Origin: an uncultured Alphaproteobacteria bacterium | GTDB lineage: Bacteria > Pseudomonadota > Alphaproteobacteria > Rs-D84 | Direction of reading: 5' to 3' | NCBI GenBank assembly: GCA_944389235.1 | Contig: CALXLO010000001.1 | Coordinates: 26,956 to 90,955, forward strand | DNA length: 64,000 bases | Shown: positions 28,159 through 36,586 of the stretch, piece by piece | How positions within the stretch are numbered: position 1 is the first letter of the stretch | How the letters are laid out: every line of letters begins with the position of its first letter | Position numbers and translations under genes: made by a program | Notes under the pieces: model-generated | Seen by the model: only the letters and a program-made list of their open reading frames with translations | What the model was told of the DNA's origin: nothing | The model's database searches: none

Positions 28159-30627
28159 TCATAGTATCGGCGGGAAACAGTCGCCCCCCGATTCTGGACA
28201 ACAGTTAAAACCCTGGTCGCCCATATCTGTATATATTTCACCCGGGCAGCAACCAAATTCATCCGGTGCAATGCCCCCGTCGCATGTTATTGCAGCATCT
28301 GTGGTTGCTGTGGTATCTGTTGTGGTGTCGGTGGATGCAAACGGATTTTGAATTGTGCCCGCGTCAGTATATGTCAGCCCCAAGATATCTTGATTATATG
28401 CCTGTTGTTGTTCTGCGGTTTGATTTGCTGCTGTTCCGTATGTACTTTGGAATGCCTGTTGCTGACTTTGAGAATATGCTTCTTGTTGGGCATTGCTGAT
28501 TGCCTGGTAATTCAATGATTGACAATATGCCAAAACAGTTCTGTAATCATAACCTGATTCTTGTATATCTTGTTCTTGGTCTGGTTTTATATCCCAAACG
28601 CCGCTAGAATCAGTTTGACAAAATTTTTCCAGACTAAATGAACGCACTTGACCTTCCCATGAACCATCAGAGTAGTTTGGTTCTGGTACATGTTCCATCC
28701 ATGATTCATTGCGTTTATTTCTGCTTTTTTCTTCGGCTGCGAAACCAGTTGCAGCCTTTACTTTGTTAACAGAACATTCTTTACTGTCATCTGTGCCACA
28801 TGTTATAACCAAGTCTTGTGGGGAATACACTGTTATACGGGTGCCCGCAGCAATGGAAAACGGCGGTACGGTATTGTCCATTGCATCAACCAGTAATTTT
28901 TGTGCAACCTGGTTCCATGCAGAAATGATTTCTTGTTTTGCCAATTCAGATGAACGCATTGTACCCGATTGCACAACTGTATTATTATCTAAATCAATTT
29001 GATTAACAAACACATCTGATATTGGCGCAATCATATTTACCGCGGCGGGTACAATTGCCGTTAACATCGGCATAACCAATTGTTCAACATAATCCGTACT
29101 GCCGTATCCGGGAATGCCAACGCGCCCCTGGGAATCGCCTGAAAACGGCGTATTATTACCATTAAAGTTAAATTCAACGCCACTGGGTAATATGAATTGA
29201 TACCAATTTATATCCATGCGCCCAATTGTTGTATATGGACCGGGTAATGTACCTGTGACATACCCCAGCATCAGTGTACCCGTTGGAATTATAACTGTGC
29301 GTCCATCATCTGCGTATACATTGCGGTCAACCGTTGCGCGTACTGGTAATGTTTGACCTTGTTTGTACAGTGATGGGTCGGCGCGTACCTCTGATACAAT
29401 GGTGGCAGGAATTGGTTTGTATTGCCGTAATACAAATTTTCTGTCAAATGGGTCAGATGAAAATACCGCTGTGCCACTGGTACCGACAATAACATCACTT
29501 TGTGGTGCAGGGGTCAGGTTTATACCAGGGGCTTTTGTCGTGTCTTCTGGGATTGGTGCCGCCATTAATTCCGCCGTAGTTAACTGTGTTGCTTTATATA
29601 CTTCGGTTTTTGTTGCCGGATTAGATAATTGCGGCAAAGTGCCATTTTGTATTGTTGTGTATCCGATGTGTTCTGCATCTGTACCGATTTTTTGTGCCGC
29701 GTTATCAATATCTGTAATCAACCCGTTATCAGGGTTATATACCCCAGTTGGCGAATTGCATTCTGTATCAGAAAATGGGTGAAAATAATATGTTCCACCG
29801 CTGGGGCGAATCCATCCGCTTTGCACACCAGACAAATTATAACCCGGCATGGCGAAATCAGAACATGCATCAGACGGGGTGGGGGCAGATGTTGTTTGCG
29901 TCATAACAGATGTATCTGATTCAATATCGTCAAATAATAAATCATCGTCCGGTGCAATTTCATTTATTTCTGATTGTATTTGTTGCGAAATTGTGGCAAC
30001 AGGTTCCGGTTTTTGCGTGATAACCGGTTCTGGTTCCACAACAGGTTCCGGTTTTGGTTCGGGCGCTGGTTCTGGTTCGGGTTCGGGTTCAGCCACAGGT
30101 TCTGGTTCCGCCACAGGTTCTGTGGCACCGACAATTGCGACAATTTTATCTTGCTTTTTCATTGCATCTGGTTCATTTACACCGCGCCAGTCAATAAATA
30201 TATTTGCAGATTGCGGTTTTGCCGCTGCACTGGGGGCGTATGTTAACACAATCGTGCATGAATTTTGGTCATCAATGCGTTCCAGTGTTGTGCATGTTTC
30301 TTGCTTGCTTAATCCTGGAATATCAGCATCTATGTTAATGTCTATAATTTTAGCCGGCGCATTTGCAGAAATTCTGAATGTTTCTGATTTTGCGTCGTCA
30401 ACCATAACCGATGGCCATTCAACAGTTTCTGGTGTAATTGCCAGATTTATTGCGATGTCATCTGTGTTTTCTATTTCTTGATTATCATTGCTGTTATTGG
30501 TCAGCAACAATGTTAATAATATCAAAACGACAACAAACGCCGCCGCCAACAGCAACCATTGCACATTCTTTGGCGTGTTTTTACGCATATCAGAAAATTG
30601 TTTTTTTATATTCAGTTTCATTTGCAA
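28159..30627 (-). CDS. virB10: VirB10/TrbI-family T4SS protein, greatly expanded (822 aa)
   Basis: N-terminal TM (aa 24-43) and a Pro-rich PEP/PEPV tract (aa 169-210). The TrbI/VirB10 core lies at about aa 395-608 (...IPATIVSEVRADPS...VRATVDRNVYADDGRTVIIPTGTLMLGYV...GRVGIPGYGSTDYVEQLVMPMLTAIV...AAGTRITVYSPQDL). There is an extra domain at aa 55-165 and a 214-aa C-terminal extension. Confidence 0.85.
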   Translation of the reverse strand: MQMKLNIKKQFSDMRKNTPKNVQWLLLAAAFVVVLILLTLLLTNNSNDNQEIENTDDIAINLAITPETVEWPSVMVDDAKSETFRISANAPAKIIDINIDADIPGLSKQETCTTLERIDDQNSCTIVLTYAPSAAAKPQSANIFIDWRGVNEPDAMKKQDKIVAIVGATEPVAEPEPVAEPEPEPEPAPEPKPEPVVEPEPVITQKPEPVATISQQIQSEINEIAPDDDLLFDDIESDTSVMTQTTSAPTPSDACSDFAMPGYNLSGVQSGWIRPSGGTYYFHPFSDTECNSPTGVYNPDNGLITDIDNAAQKIGTDAEHIGYTTIQNGTLPQLSNPATKTEVYKATQLTTAELMAAPIPEDTTKAPGINLTPAPQSDVIVGTSGTAVFSSDPFDRKFVLRQYKPIPATIVSEVRADPSLYKQGQTLPVRATVDRNVYADDGRTVIIPTGTLMLGYVTGTLPGPYTTIGRMDINWYQFILPSGVEFNFNGNNTPFSGDSQGRVGIPGYGSTDYVEQLVMPMLTAIVPAAVNMIAPISDVFVNQIDLDNNTVVQSGTMRSSELAKQEIISAWNQVAQKLLVDAMDNTVPPFSIAAGTRITVYSPQDLVITCGTDDSKECSVNKVKAATGFAAEEKSRNKRNESWMEHVPEPNYSDGSWEGQVRSFSLEKFCQTDSSGVWDIKPDQEQDIQESGYDYRTVLAYCQSLNYQAISNAQQEAYSQSQQQAFQSTYGTAANQTAEQQQAYNQDILGLTYTDAGTIQNPFASTDTTTDTTATTDAAITCDGGIAPDEFGCCPGEIYTDMGDQGFNCCPESGGDCFPPIL
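29998..30123 (-). repeat. Short tandem GGTTCN-type repeats encoding the VirB10 (E/K)P tract
   Basis: The plus strand reads ...ggttccggttttggttcgggcgctggttctggttcgggttcgggttcagccacaggttctggttccgccacaggttctgtggca... It contains imperfect hexamer and 18-mer repeats. Confidence 0.8.
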
Positions 30628-30636
30628 CCATCAATA

Positions 30637-32169
30637 TTATTGTATGCGTACCACACTGCAACTGGTGCCGCTGAATTCCAGCAGTTTGTTGCATAATTCT
30701 TGGGCGGTATTAATATCGCTTAACGGGCCAATGCGCAGACGATATAACCGCGCCGCAGATGATTCAGCCCCCAGTTCACCAACACCCTGTTCATCAACCG
30801 CAAAGAACACCATGTCTTTGTATGGGGTTAATATACCTTGACCGTCATCACCGCTGAATTTCGCCAGCAGGTTTGCCCAATAATCATCCAGTGCCTTGAC
30901 CGAAGTATCAGATTTCAGTTCAACCGCAACCCCGGTTTGATTACTGGTAATCAGTGGAATATTTGATTGTGGCAAGAAAGAACCGGCGGTTATTCGTTCT
31001 GTGGGTACCATTGTAACCCCAGAACCACCGCTGGCACCACTATATACCGCGGTTGGCATTGCGTACCCAGCCGGCGCATAATAGCCAGTTGTTGAACCCG
31101 CAGGGGCATTACCAATCATCATCGGTGTTGTTGTGTATCCATTCGCCGATGCGTTAATTGCGGCCTGGTTCGCACTGTATGCCAAATTATTTAATGATTG
31201 ACCAGACATAATACTTTGTGCAACATTCGCCTCGGCCAATGCCATAACAGACGCGGTGTCTGCAATCAAGAACGGCTTTTCGCGCTTTTTAATACATACC
31301 AGACGCTGACCACTGCGCAGAACCATATCACCGACAGCCTCAACAATTAACAAGCGACCGTCTTCGCCATCTGTGCGGAAACCGACCGGGGATTCGCCAC
31401 CTTCTATTAATAATGAAACCACAGGTCGCTGGGTCATGGAAATAACCTTGTCCCCAAAATCGATATATGTAAATATCTGGTCGCGCCATACGCGTTCAGG
31501 GGCAATTACATAATCGTCTGGGTTGGGAACAAAAATATCCAAATCAAAGCGAAATTCTGATGGGTCAATCTTCATAGATTTTATCCAACCGTAATCTTCG
31601 CCATCAACACCAACAGTATTTGCTGTATTTGTTGCCTTTTTGAATATTGACGCAGACCCCCCAGATGCTGGTGTTGGTGTTGCAGACGCAGACAATGTGG
31701 AATTGCCGTCCAGCATAACATCAACCTGGGAATATGTAATTTCACTGGAATTAGATGGTTCACTGCGTAAATAAAACACATATTGGTTTCCTGATTCACC
31801 AGACACAATCAGGTTTGTATCAGAACCCTGGTTGCTGGTTACCGGTGTAATAAACATAGTGTTTCCGCCCTGGGTCGCATCGATAGAAAACAGGCTGCTG
31901 TTGCCGACAACCGCGTCGGCGATTTTTTCACCATTCGGCATGGTTATTAATGTTGTCATTCCATTGCGCAGTTTAACGGGCAAAACACTGCCCTTGGACC
32001 AAGTTAATTGGGCGTATCCAGGTTTAACACTGCCCGCTGCCATGTTTGCGGTTGGATTATCCCACGCGCTTTGCACGCCATAGTTTGTGCCCGCCGCCAA
32101 TGCAGTACCACATAACATTGTTAAGCATAATATAGATGCGTTCAGTCGCAGTGCGTTAAAAACTGTCAT
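30637..32169 (-). CDS. virB9: VirB9/CagX/TrbG-family T4SS protein with C-terminal SPOR-like domain (510 aa)
   Basis: Signal peptide (...LCGTALAAG) and a VirB9 N-domain (...VLPVKLRNGMTTLITMPNGEKIADAVVGNSSLFSID...NLIVSGESGNQYVFYL). The VirB9 C-domain reads ...PERVWRDQIFTYIDFGDK...PVVSLLIEGGESPVGFRTDGEDGRLLIVEAVGDMVLRSGQRLVCIKK. This is followed by a low-complexity linker and ...LYRLRIGPLSDINTAQELCNKL... Confidence 0.85.
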   Translation of the reverse strand: MTVFNALRLNASILCLTMLCGTALAAGTNYGVQSAWDNPTANMAAGSVKPGYAQLTWSKGSVLPVKLRNGMTTLITMPNGEKIADAVVGNSSLFSIDATQGGNTMFITPVTSNQGSDTNLIVSGESGNQYVFYLRSEPSNSSEITYSQVDVMLDGNSTLSASATPTPASGGSASIFKKATNTANTVGVDGEDYGWIKSMKIDPSEFRFDLDIFVPNPDDYVIAPERVWRDQIFTYIDFGDKVISMTQRPVVSLLIEGGESPVGFRTDGEDGRLLIVEAVGDMVLRSGQRLVCIKKREKPFLIADTASVMALAEANVAQSIMSGQSLNNLAYSANQAAINASANGYTTTPMMIGNAPAGSTTGYYAPAGYAMPTAVYSGASGGSGVTMVPTERITAGSFLPQSNIPLITSNQTGVAVELKSDTSVKALDDYWANLLAKFSGDDGQGILTPYKDMVFFAVDEQGVGELGAESSAARLYRLRIGPLSDINTAQELCNKLLEFSGTSCSVVRIQ

Positions 32170-32192
32170 GCCTTTACCCTTTCCATTTCTTT

Positions 32193-32957
32193 TTACATCT
32201 GTTCATTGACACTGGCCAGATATCCTGTATCCAACGGGTCGCCATTATCGGATTCAATTATATATTCCGAAACGCGTATCCCCAACGGATTATTCAATCG
32301 TTCATCCCAACGGATTGTGGCATTGTCATCAATATCCAGTTTTATTCTTATTTTATACTCTTTTTTATCCATCTGTCTATTACTATCTGAACAGAAATAG
32401 CGAAAACTGATAGTATATTCTGTACCAGCTAAATCAACAGGCTCTATTGCGCCATTGTCAAATTCCACAGAACAAGAAAATTCAAAATCGGGAACGCCAC
32501 TCATCCACGCGTTCCACATATTTGTTTGCGTAAATGCGTTATATACATCTTGGGTTGACCATGCGTGTATTACACCGTTTTCATCGTTATTCCATTTTTT
32601 GCGCATTTCTGCGACATCTGGCACAATTTCATTGCGTGCGCGGATATATTCGCGAATAAATGACCGTTTGAAATTGCCCATATTTTCATCAACAGGTACC
32701 ATTTCACGCAACACGACCGGCAAATCATCTTTGGGTGCGGTCATTAAAAAGAACACTTGCGGTCGGTTAGTTGGAAACATATTGTACAGTGCAAACAGCA
32801 TCGCAACCAGCACAACCAGCATTGCGGCAAACACAAATGCCATCAATCTAGACAGTAAAATTGGCGGTTCTACGCGGTCTTGCAAGGTATTACTCTCTCG
32901 GTTATATATGTGGATTGTAGACAAAAATGCGACGCGTACGCAAGTGAAAAAGTACAT
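32193..32957 (-). CDS. virB8: VirB8-family T4SS protein
   Basis: Has a single TM (LMAFVFAAMLVVLVAMLFALY) and a periplasmic NTF2-like part (...FKRSFIREYIRARNEI...YNAF...YKIRIKLDID...). The start is uncertain: an internal TTG preceded by GAGAGAG is an alternative. Confidence 0.75.
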   Translation of the reverse strand: MYFFTCVRVAFLSTIHIYNRESNTLQDRVEPPILLSRLMAFVFAAMLVVLVAMLFALYNMFPTNRPQVFFLMTAPKDDLPVVLREMVPVDENMGNFKRSFIREYIRARNEIVPDVAEMRKKWNNDENGVIHAWSTQDVYNAFTQTNMWNAWMSGVPDFEFSCSVEFDNGAIEPVDLAGTEYTISFRYFCSDSNRQMDKKEYKIRIKLDIDDNATIRWDERLNNPLGIRVSEYIIESDNGDPLDTGYLASVNEQM

Positions 32958-33107
32958 AAACTAAATTTTGTGGATTTCACTTTTCACTTGCGCAGACATA
33001 ATTAAAACTTTATAATAAATTCCGCTTGATTTTCCGTATAAGTGTGGTACTGTATCGCAGAATATTGGGGTCAAGCGGTATACGACAGGTAAAAATACTG
33101 ATAACCT

Positions 33108-33181
33108 AGGGGCATAGTTCAACGGTAGAATATCGGTCTCCAAAACCGCGGATGAGGGTTCGATTCCTTCTGCCCCTGCCA
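33108..33181 (+). tRNA. tRNA-Trp (anticodon CCA)
   Basis: AGGGGCATAGTTCAACGGTAGAATATCGGTCTCCAAAACCGCGGATGAGGGTTCGATTCCTTCTGCCCCTGCCA. The anticodon loop is CTCCAAA and CCA is encoded. It sits in the conserved position upstream of secE-nusG. Confidence 0.92.
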
Positions 33182-33250
33182 CAGAATTTCGTTGTTAGTA
33201 TTGCTGGCGACGGATTTTTGTGAAAACAGATTTGTACAGGTATAAATTAT

Positions 33251-33430
33251 ATGAAAAAAATACTGGAATATATCAAGTCGGTTCGCAGCGAATGGTTCAA
33301 AATTGTGTGGCCATCGCGCGATGCTGTTATTCGCGCAACAATTATGATTTTGATATTTTCCGGACTGGCGGCGTTGTTCTTTTTTGTGGTGGACAGTATT
33401 TTGAATGCGCTGGTTGGGTGGATATTCTAA
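33251..33430 (+). CDS. secE: Preprotein translocase subunit SecE
   Basis: 59-aa ORF that is not in the supplied track (too short). Sequence: MKKILEYIKSVRSEWFKIVWPSRDAVIRATIMILIFSGLAALFFFVVDSILNALVGWIF. It has the conserved VxxExxKVxWPxxxE-like motif, a single TM and the canonical position before nusG. Confidence 0.88.
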   Translation: MKKILEYIKSVRSEWFKIVWPSRDAVIRATIMILIFSGLAALFFFVVDSILNALVGWIF

Positions 33431-33451
33431 AAACATACACGGCCAAAGGGG

Positions 33452-33994
33452 ATGGTTGCAATGGATGATAAAATGCAGTGGTTTGTTGTTAATGTGCACA
33501 CCGGATGCGAAGACAAGGTTGCACGCAATCTGCGCGAACAAATTGACAAACGGCGCTTGAACGCATATTTTGGCGAAATATTGGTCCCAACACGCGAAGT
33601 TATGGAAATCAAGGCCGGTAAACGCGTTAAGTCTGAAAAGAAGTTTTTTCCAGGATATATCGTTGTTCAAATGGTTATGAATAACGAAACTTTTTCATTG
33701 GTAAAATTAATGCCCCAGGTTGTAATGTTCTTGGGTGCAAAAAATAAACCAATCGCTGTCAGCGAAGAAGAAGCGCGTCGTTTGTTAAAACAGGTCGAAG
33801 AAGGCAGTGTCGTTGCCGACGATATTACATACGAAGTTGGACAAGAAGTTCATGTTATTGACGGACCATTTGCTGGATTTAATGGCGTTGTTTCCGAGGT
33901 GGATAATGTAAAACAAAAAATGACTGCTACGATTTTGGTATTCGGTCGTGAAACCAGTGTTGAACTGGATTTTGAACAGGTAGAAAGGGTGTAA
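33452..33994 (+). CDS. nusG: Transcription termination/antitermination factor NusG
   Basis: Has MQWFVVNVHTGCEDKV..., an NGN domain and a KOW motif (...GQEVHVIDGPFAGFNGVV...). An alternative ATG lies at 33461. Confidence 0.95.
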   Translation: MVAMDDKMQWFVVNVHTGCEDKVARNLREQIDKRRLNAYFGEILVPTREVMEIKAGKRVKSEKKFFPGYIVVQMVMNNETFSLVKLMPQVVMFLGAKNKPIAVSEEEARRLLKQVEEGSVVADDITYEVGQEVHVIDGPFAGFNGVVSEVDNVKQKMTATILVFGRETSVELDFEQVERV

Positions 33995-34207
33995 ATTGGC
34001 ACTGTACAGGCTTAACTGGGAAAATGAAACAGTTGATTGCTAAAACAGGTGCTGAACGGTGTTAATGGATTAATAAATTGGTGTCCAAATATGGGGCACG
34101 ACAAAAATAAGTTTTTGGATTTTTGTGGCAGATGCCAATAAAAATCCGCCCGTGGTAGATGCGCCACATCGTACCACGAACACTAACCAAGAAAATGGAG
34201 TGAACAA

Positions 34208-34639
34208 ATGGCAAAAAAAGAAGTTAAGGGAGTGGTCAAACTGGTCGTTCCCGCAAAGCAAGCGAATCCTGCGCCACCAATCGGACCGGCGTTGGGTGCG
34301 GCTGGTGTTAATATTGCAGAATTTTGCAAACAGTTTAACGACAAGACGGCTGATAAAGAACCGGGTATGCCAATTCCGTGCATAATTACTGTTTATACAG
34401 ACCGCAGTTTTGATTTTATAATGAAACTGCCGCCGGTGTCGTATTATATTAAAAAGGCATTAAAACTGAAAATTGGTTCGCACAAACCTGGTCGTGATTT
34501 TGTCGGTACAATCACCCAGGCACAAATCCGCGAAATTGCAGAAAATAAAATGCCGGACTTAAATTGCTCTACCATTGAATCCGCGATGAAAATAGTTGCT
34601 GGTCAATGCCGTTCCATGGGCGTAAAGGTGGAGGAATAA
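34208..34639 (+). CDS. rplK: 50S ribosomal protein L11
   Basis: [44 protein letters not shown]... Confidence 0.98.
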   Translation: MAKKEVKGVVKLVVPAKQANPAPPIGPALGAAGVNIAEFCKQFNDKTADKEPGMPIPCIITVYTDRSFDFIMKLPPVSYYIKKALKLKIGSHKPGRDFVGTITQAQIREIAENKMPDLNCSTIESAMKIVAGQCRSMGVKVEE

Positions 34640-34642
34640 GAC

Positions 34643-35317
34643 ATGAAAATCACAAAAAGACAAAAAACATGGGCGAATTTAGACCGCAACCAAGTTTATT
34701 CTGTTGCAGATGCAATTGATGCGTTGCGTGAATATTCATCCAAAAAATTTGATGAAAGTCTGGAAGTTGCAGTTCGTTTGGGAATTGATGTAACCAAGGC
34801 TGACCAAAATATCCGTGGTATGTTGTCTTTGCCAAATGGTACTGGCAAGACTGTTCGGGTTGCTGTGTTTACAACAGGCAGCGCAGATGAAGCCAAAAAA
34901 GCCGGCGCAGATGTTGTTGGTGGCGACGATTTAATTGAACGCGTTGCGGGCGGTGAAATTAATTTTGACCGTGTTATTGCAACACCGGATATGATGCCGA
35001 AAATGTCCAAGGTTGCGCGTATTTTGGGACCAAAAGGTCTGATGCCGAATCCAAAATTGGGCACGGTTACAAACAATGTCGCAGATGCAGTTGCCACAGC
35101 CAAGGCAGGGCAAATTGAATATCGTGCGGAAAAGAACGGTATTATTCATGCCGCAGTTGGTAAAATGTCATTTCCGACAGAAAAATTGGTTGAAAATGTA
35201 AACGCATTAATTGACCAGTTAAAGAAAGTTAAACCGACATCGGTCAAGGGACAATATATCTTGGCGGTGGCGGTTGCAACAACCCAAGGCCCAGGTCTGA
35301 AAGTTGATGCAAAATAA
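34643..35317 (+). CDS. rplA: 50S ribosomal protein L1
   Basis: 224 aa with ...FDESLEVAVRLGIDVTKADQNIRG...LPNGTGK... Confidence 0.98.
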   Translation: MKITKRQKTWANLDRNQVYSVADAIDALREYSSKKFDESLEVAVRLGIDVTKADQNIRGMLSLPNGTGKTVRVAVFTTGSADEAKKAGADVVGGDDLIERVAGGEINFDRVIATPDMMPKMSKVARILGPKGLMPNPKLGTVTNNVADAVATAKAGQIEYRAEKNGIIHAAVGKMSFPTEKLVENVNALIDQLKKVKPTSVKGQYILAVAVATTQGPGLKVDAK

Positions 35318-35535
35318 TTAAATCGCGGCGGGGGATTTTTCCTTTGACCGCGATTAACAAGATTTCTGTCCAAGACTGATGGTGCCCGGTGCGCCGGACT
35401 TAATTGCCATCATAGACAAAGAAAAATTCTTTGGGGCAGAATCAGGCCCCACCCGGTAAATGTATCGGATGGAAAGTTTAACAAGAACAGGGATTTTGAA
35501 ATTCGTTTCAAAATCTTGCAGATAAGGGTAAAGAT
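35318..35535 (+). promoter_or_regulatory. rplA-rplJ spacer, candidate L10 (rplJL) leader
   Basis: 218-nt non-coding spacer with stable hairpins (for example AATCGCGG...CCGCGATT at about 35323-35357). The call is by position, since L10/L12 autoregulatory leaders are widespread, and no covariance model was run. Confidence 0.3.
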
Positions 35536-36012
35536 ATGAGACGCGAAGAAAAATCAGATTTGATTTCTGCGTTGCAATCGTCCTTGAAAGATGCAAACGG
35601 TGTTTTCGTTATTGAAAATCATGGTTTGACGGTTAAAGAATTTGAAACACTGCGCAATGAATTGCGTCCGTTGGTTTCTTTGTTCAAAGTTGTCAAAAAC
35701 CGTTTGATGAAGTTGGCGCTGCAAGGCACTGACTTTGAACCCGTATCCGACATGATGAAGCGGCCAACCGCTGTTGCTGTTGCAACAGATGGCTTGGCGG
35801 TAACCAAGGTATTGGCTAAATTCGCTGATGAACATCCGAATATAACCATTATCGGCGGTAAAATGGATTCAGGGGTTTTAAGCAAAGACGATATTTTGCA
35901 ATTATCCAAACTGCCGTCCCTGTTGGAAATCCGTGGCAAAATTGCGCGTATATTGGTGGAACCTGCATCGCGTATCGCCCGCGTTTCCGCAGAGTATGGA
36001 AAAAAGAATTAA
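35536..36012 (+). CDS. rplJ: 50S ribosomal protein L10
   Basis: 158 aa in the canonical position between rplA and rplL. Confidence 0.95.
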   Translation: MRREEKSDLISALQSSLKDANGVFVIENHGLTVKEFETLRNELRPLVSLFKVVKNRLMKLALQGTDFEPVSDMMKRPTAVAVATDGLAVTKVLAKFADEHPNITIIGGKMDSGVLSKDDILQLSKLPSLLEIRGKIARILVEPASRIARVSAEYGKKN

Positions 36013-36057
36013 AACAAAACCAGAACAATATGTTCTGATTACATTAGGAGCAAAAAA

Positions 36058-36423
36058 ATGGCAGACATTCAAAAATTAGTTGAAGAATTGTCAAAATTGA
36101 CCGTTATGGAAGCGGTCGAATTGTCCAAGGCATTAGAAGAAACTTGGGGCGTTAGCGCAGCAGCAGCAGTCGCAGTTGCAGCCGGTGCACCAGCCGCCGC
36201 AGCCGAAGAAAAAACAGAATTTGATGTTGTATTGGCCGAAGCCGGTGCAAACAAATTGGCTGTTATCAAGGCTGTCAAAGACATCACAGGTCTGGGATTG
36301 GGCGAAGCCAAAGCATTGGTTGAATCTGCACCCAAGACCGTAAAAGAAGCCGTTGCCAAAGATGAAGCTGAAAAAATGAAGGCGACATTAGAAGCAGCCG
36401 GTGCCAAGGTTGAATTGAAATAA
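36058..36423 (+). CDS. rplL: 50S ribosomal protein L7/L12
   Basis: Has ...[30 protein letters not shown]..., an Ala-rich hinge and a conserved C-terminal domain (...[27 protein letters not shown]...). Confidence 0.98.
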   Translation: MADIQKLVEELSKLTVMEAVELSKALEETWGVSAAAAVAVAAGAPAAAAEEKTEFDVVLAEAGANKLAVIKAVKDITGLGLGEAKALVESAPKTVKEAVAKDEAEKMKATLEAAGAKVELK

Positions 36424-36586
36424 TATTCACCCAGAAACCGTACGGTTTCAAAAAATCAAAAAGTCGCGGCAATATGTCGCGCAGCCAATGGCCCACATGG
36501 GGATATTTCCCTGTGTGGGCGCAAAGGCGTAAATACATATAAAACTGTTTTGTTTGCAAAACGCATAAAAAAAAGGATTGATACCC

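Noticed and set aside
29849-30481. 210-aa plus-strand ORF with striking GSGSGS/GSATGS repeats.
   Set aside because: It is the antisense reading of the VirB10 PEPEPEP tract (GGTTCN repeats). The VirB10 frame carries the conserved TM, Pro-rich and TrbI architecture, so this ORF is a mirror artefact.
32455-32964. 169-aa plus-strand ORF overlapping virB8.
   Set aside because: It is antisense to the ORF that shows the VirB8 TM plus NTF2-like pattern and operon continuity with virB9/virB10.
32961-33670. Minus-strand ORFs (73 aa and 183 aa) running through tRNA-Trp, secE and the start of nusG, and the 82-aa plus-strand ORF at 33220-33468.
   Set aside because: They overlap a canonical tRNA gene and the conserved secE/nusG frames. 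The true secE frame (59 aa) fell below the track's size cut-off and was recovered by hand translation.
34152-34178. Strong hairpin GTGGTAGATG-cgcca-CATCGTACCAC upstream of rplK, considered as an L1/L11 autoregulatory leader.
   Set aside because: It is plausible by position, but I cannot match it to the 23S L1-stalk mimic by eye. It would need a covariance model, so it is not reported as a feature.
36424-36586. Hairpins in the rplL-rpoB spacer (GAAACCG-ta-CGGTTTC; GCCCACA...TGTGGGC), considered as the rplL-rpoB attenuator or processing site.
   Set aside because: Neither is followed by a U-tract. Partial termination or RNase III processing is known at this junction in E. coli, but the sequence alone does not let me assign it here.
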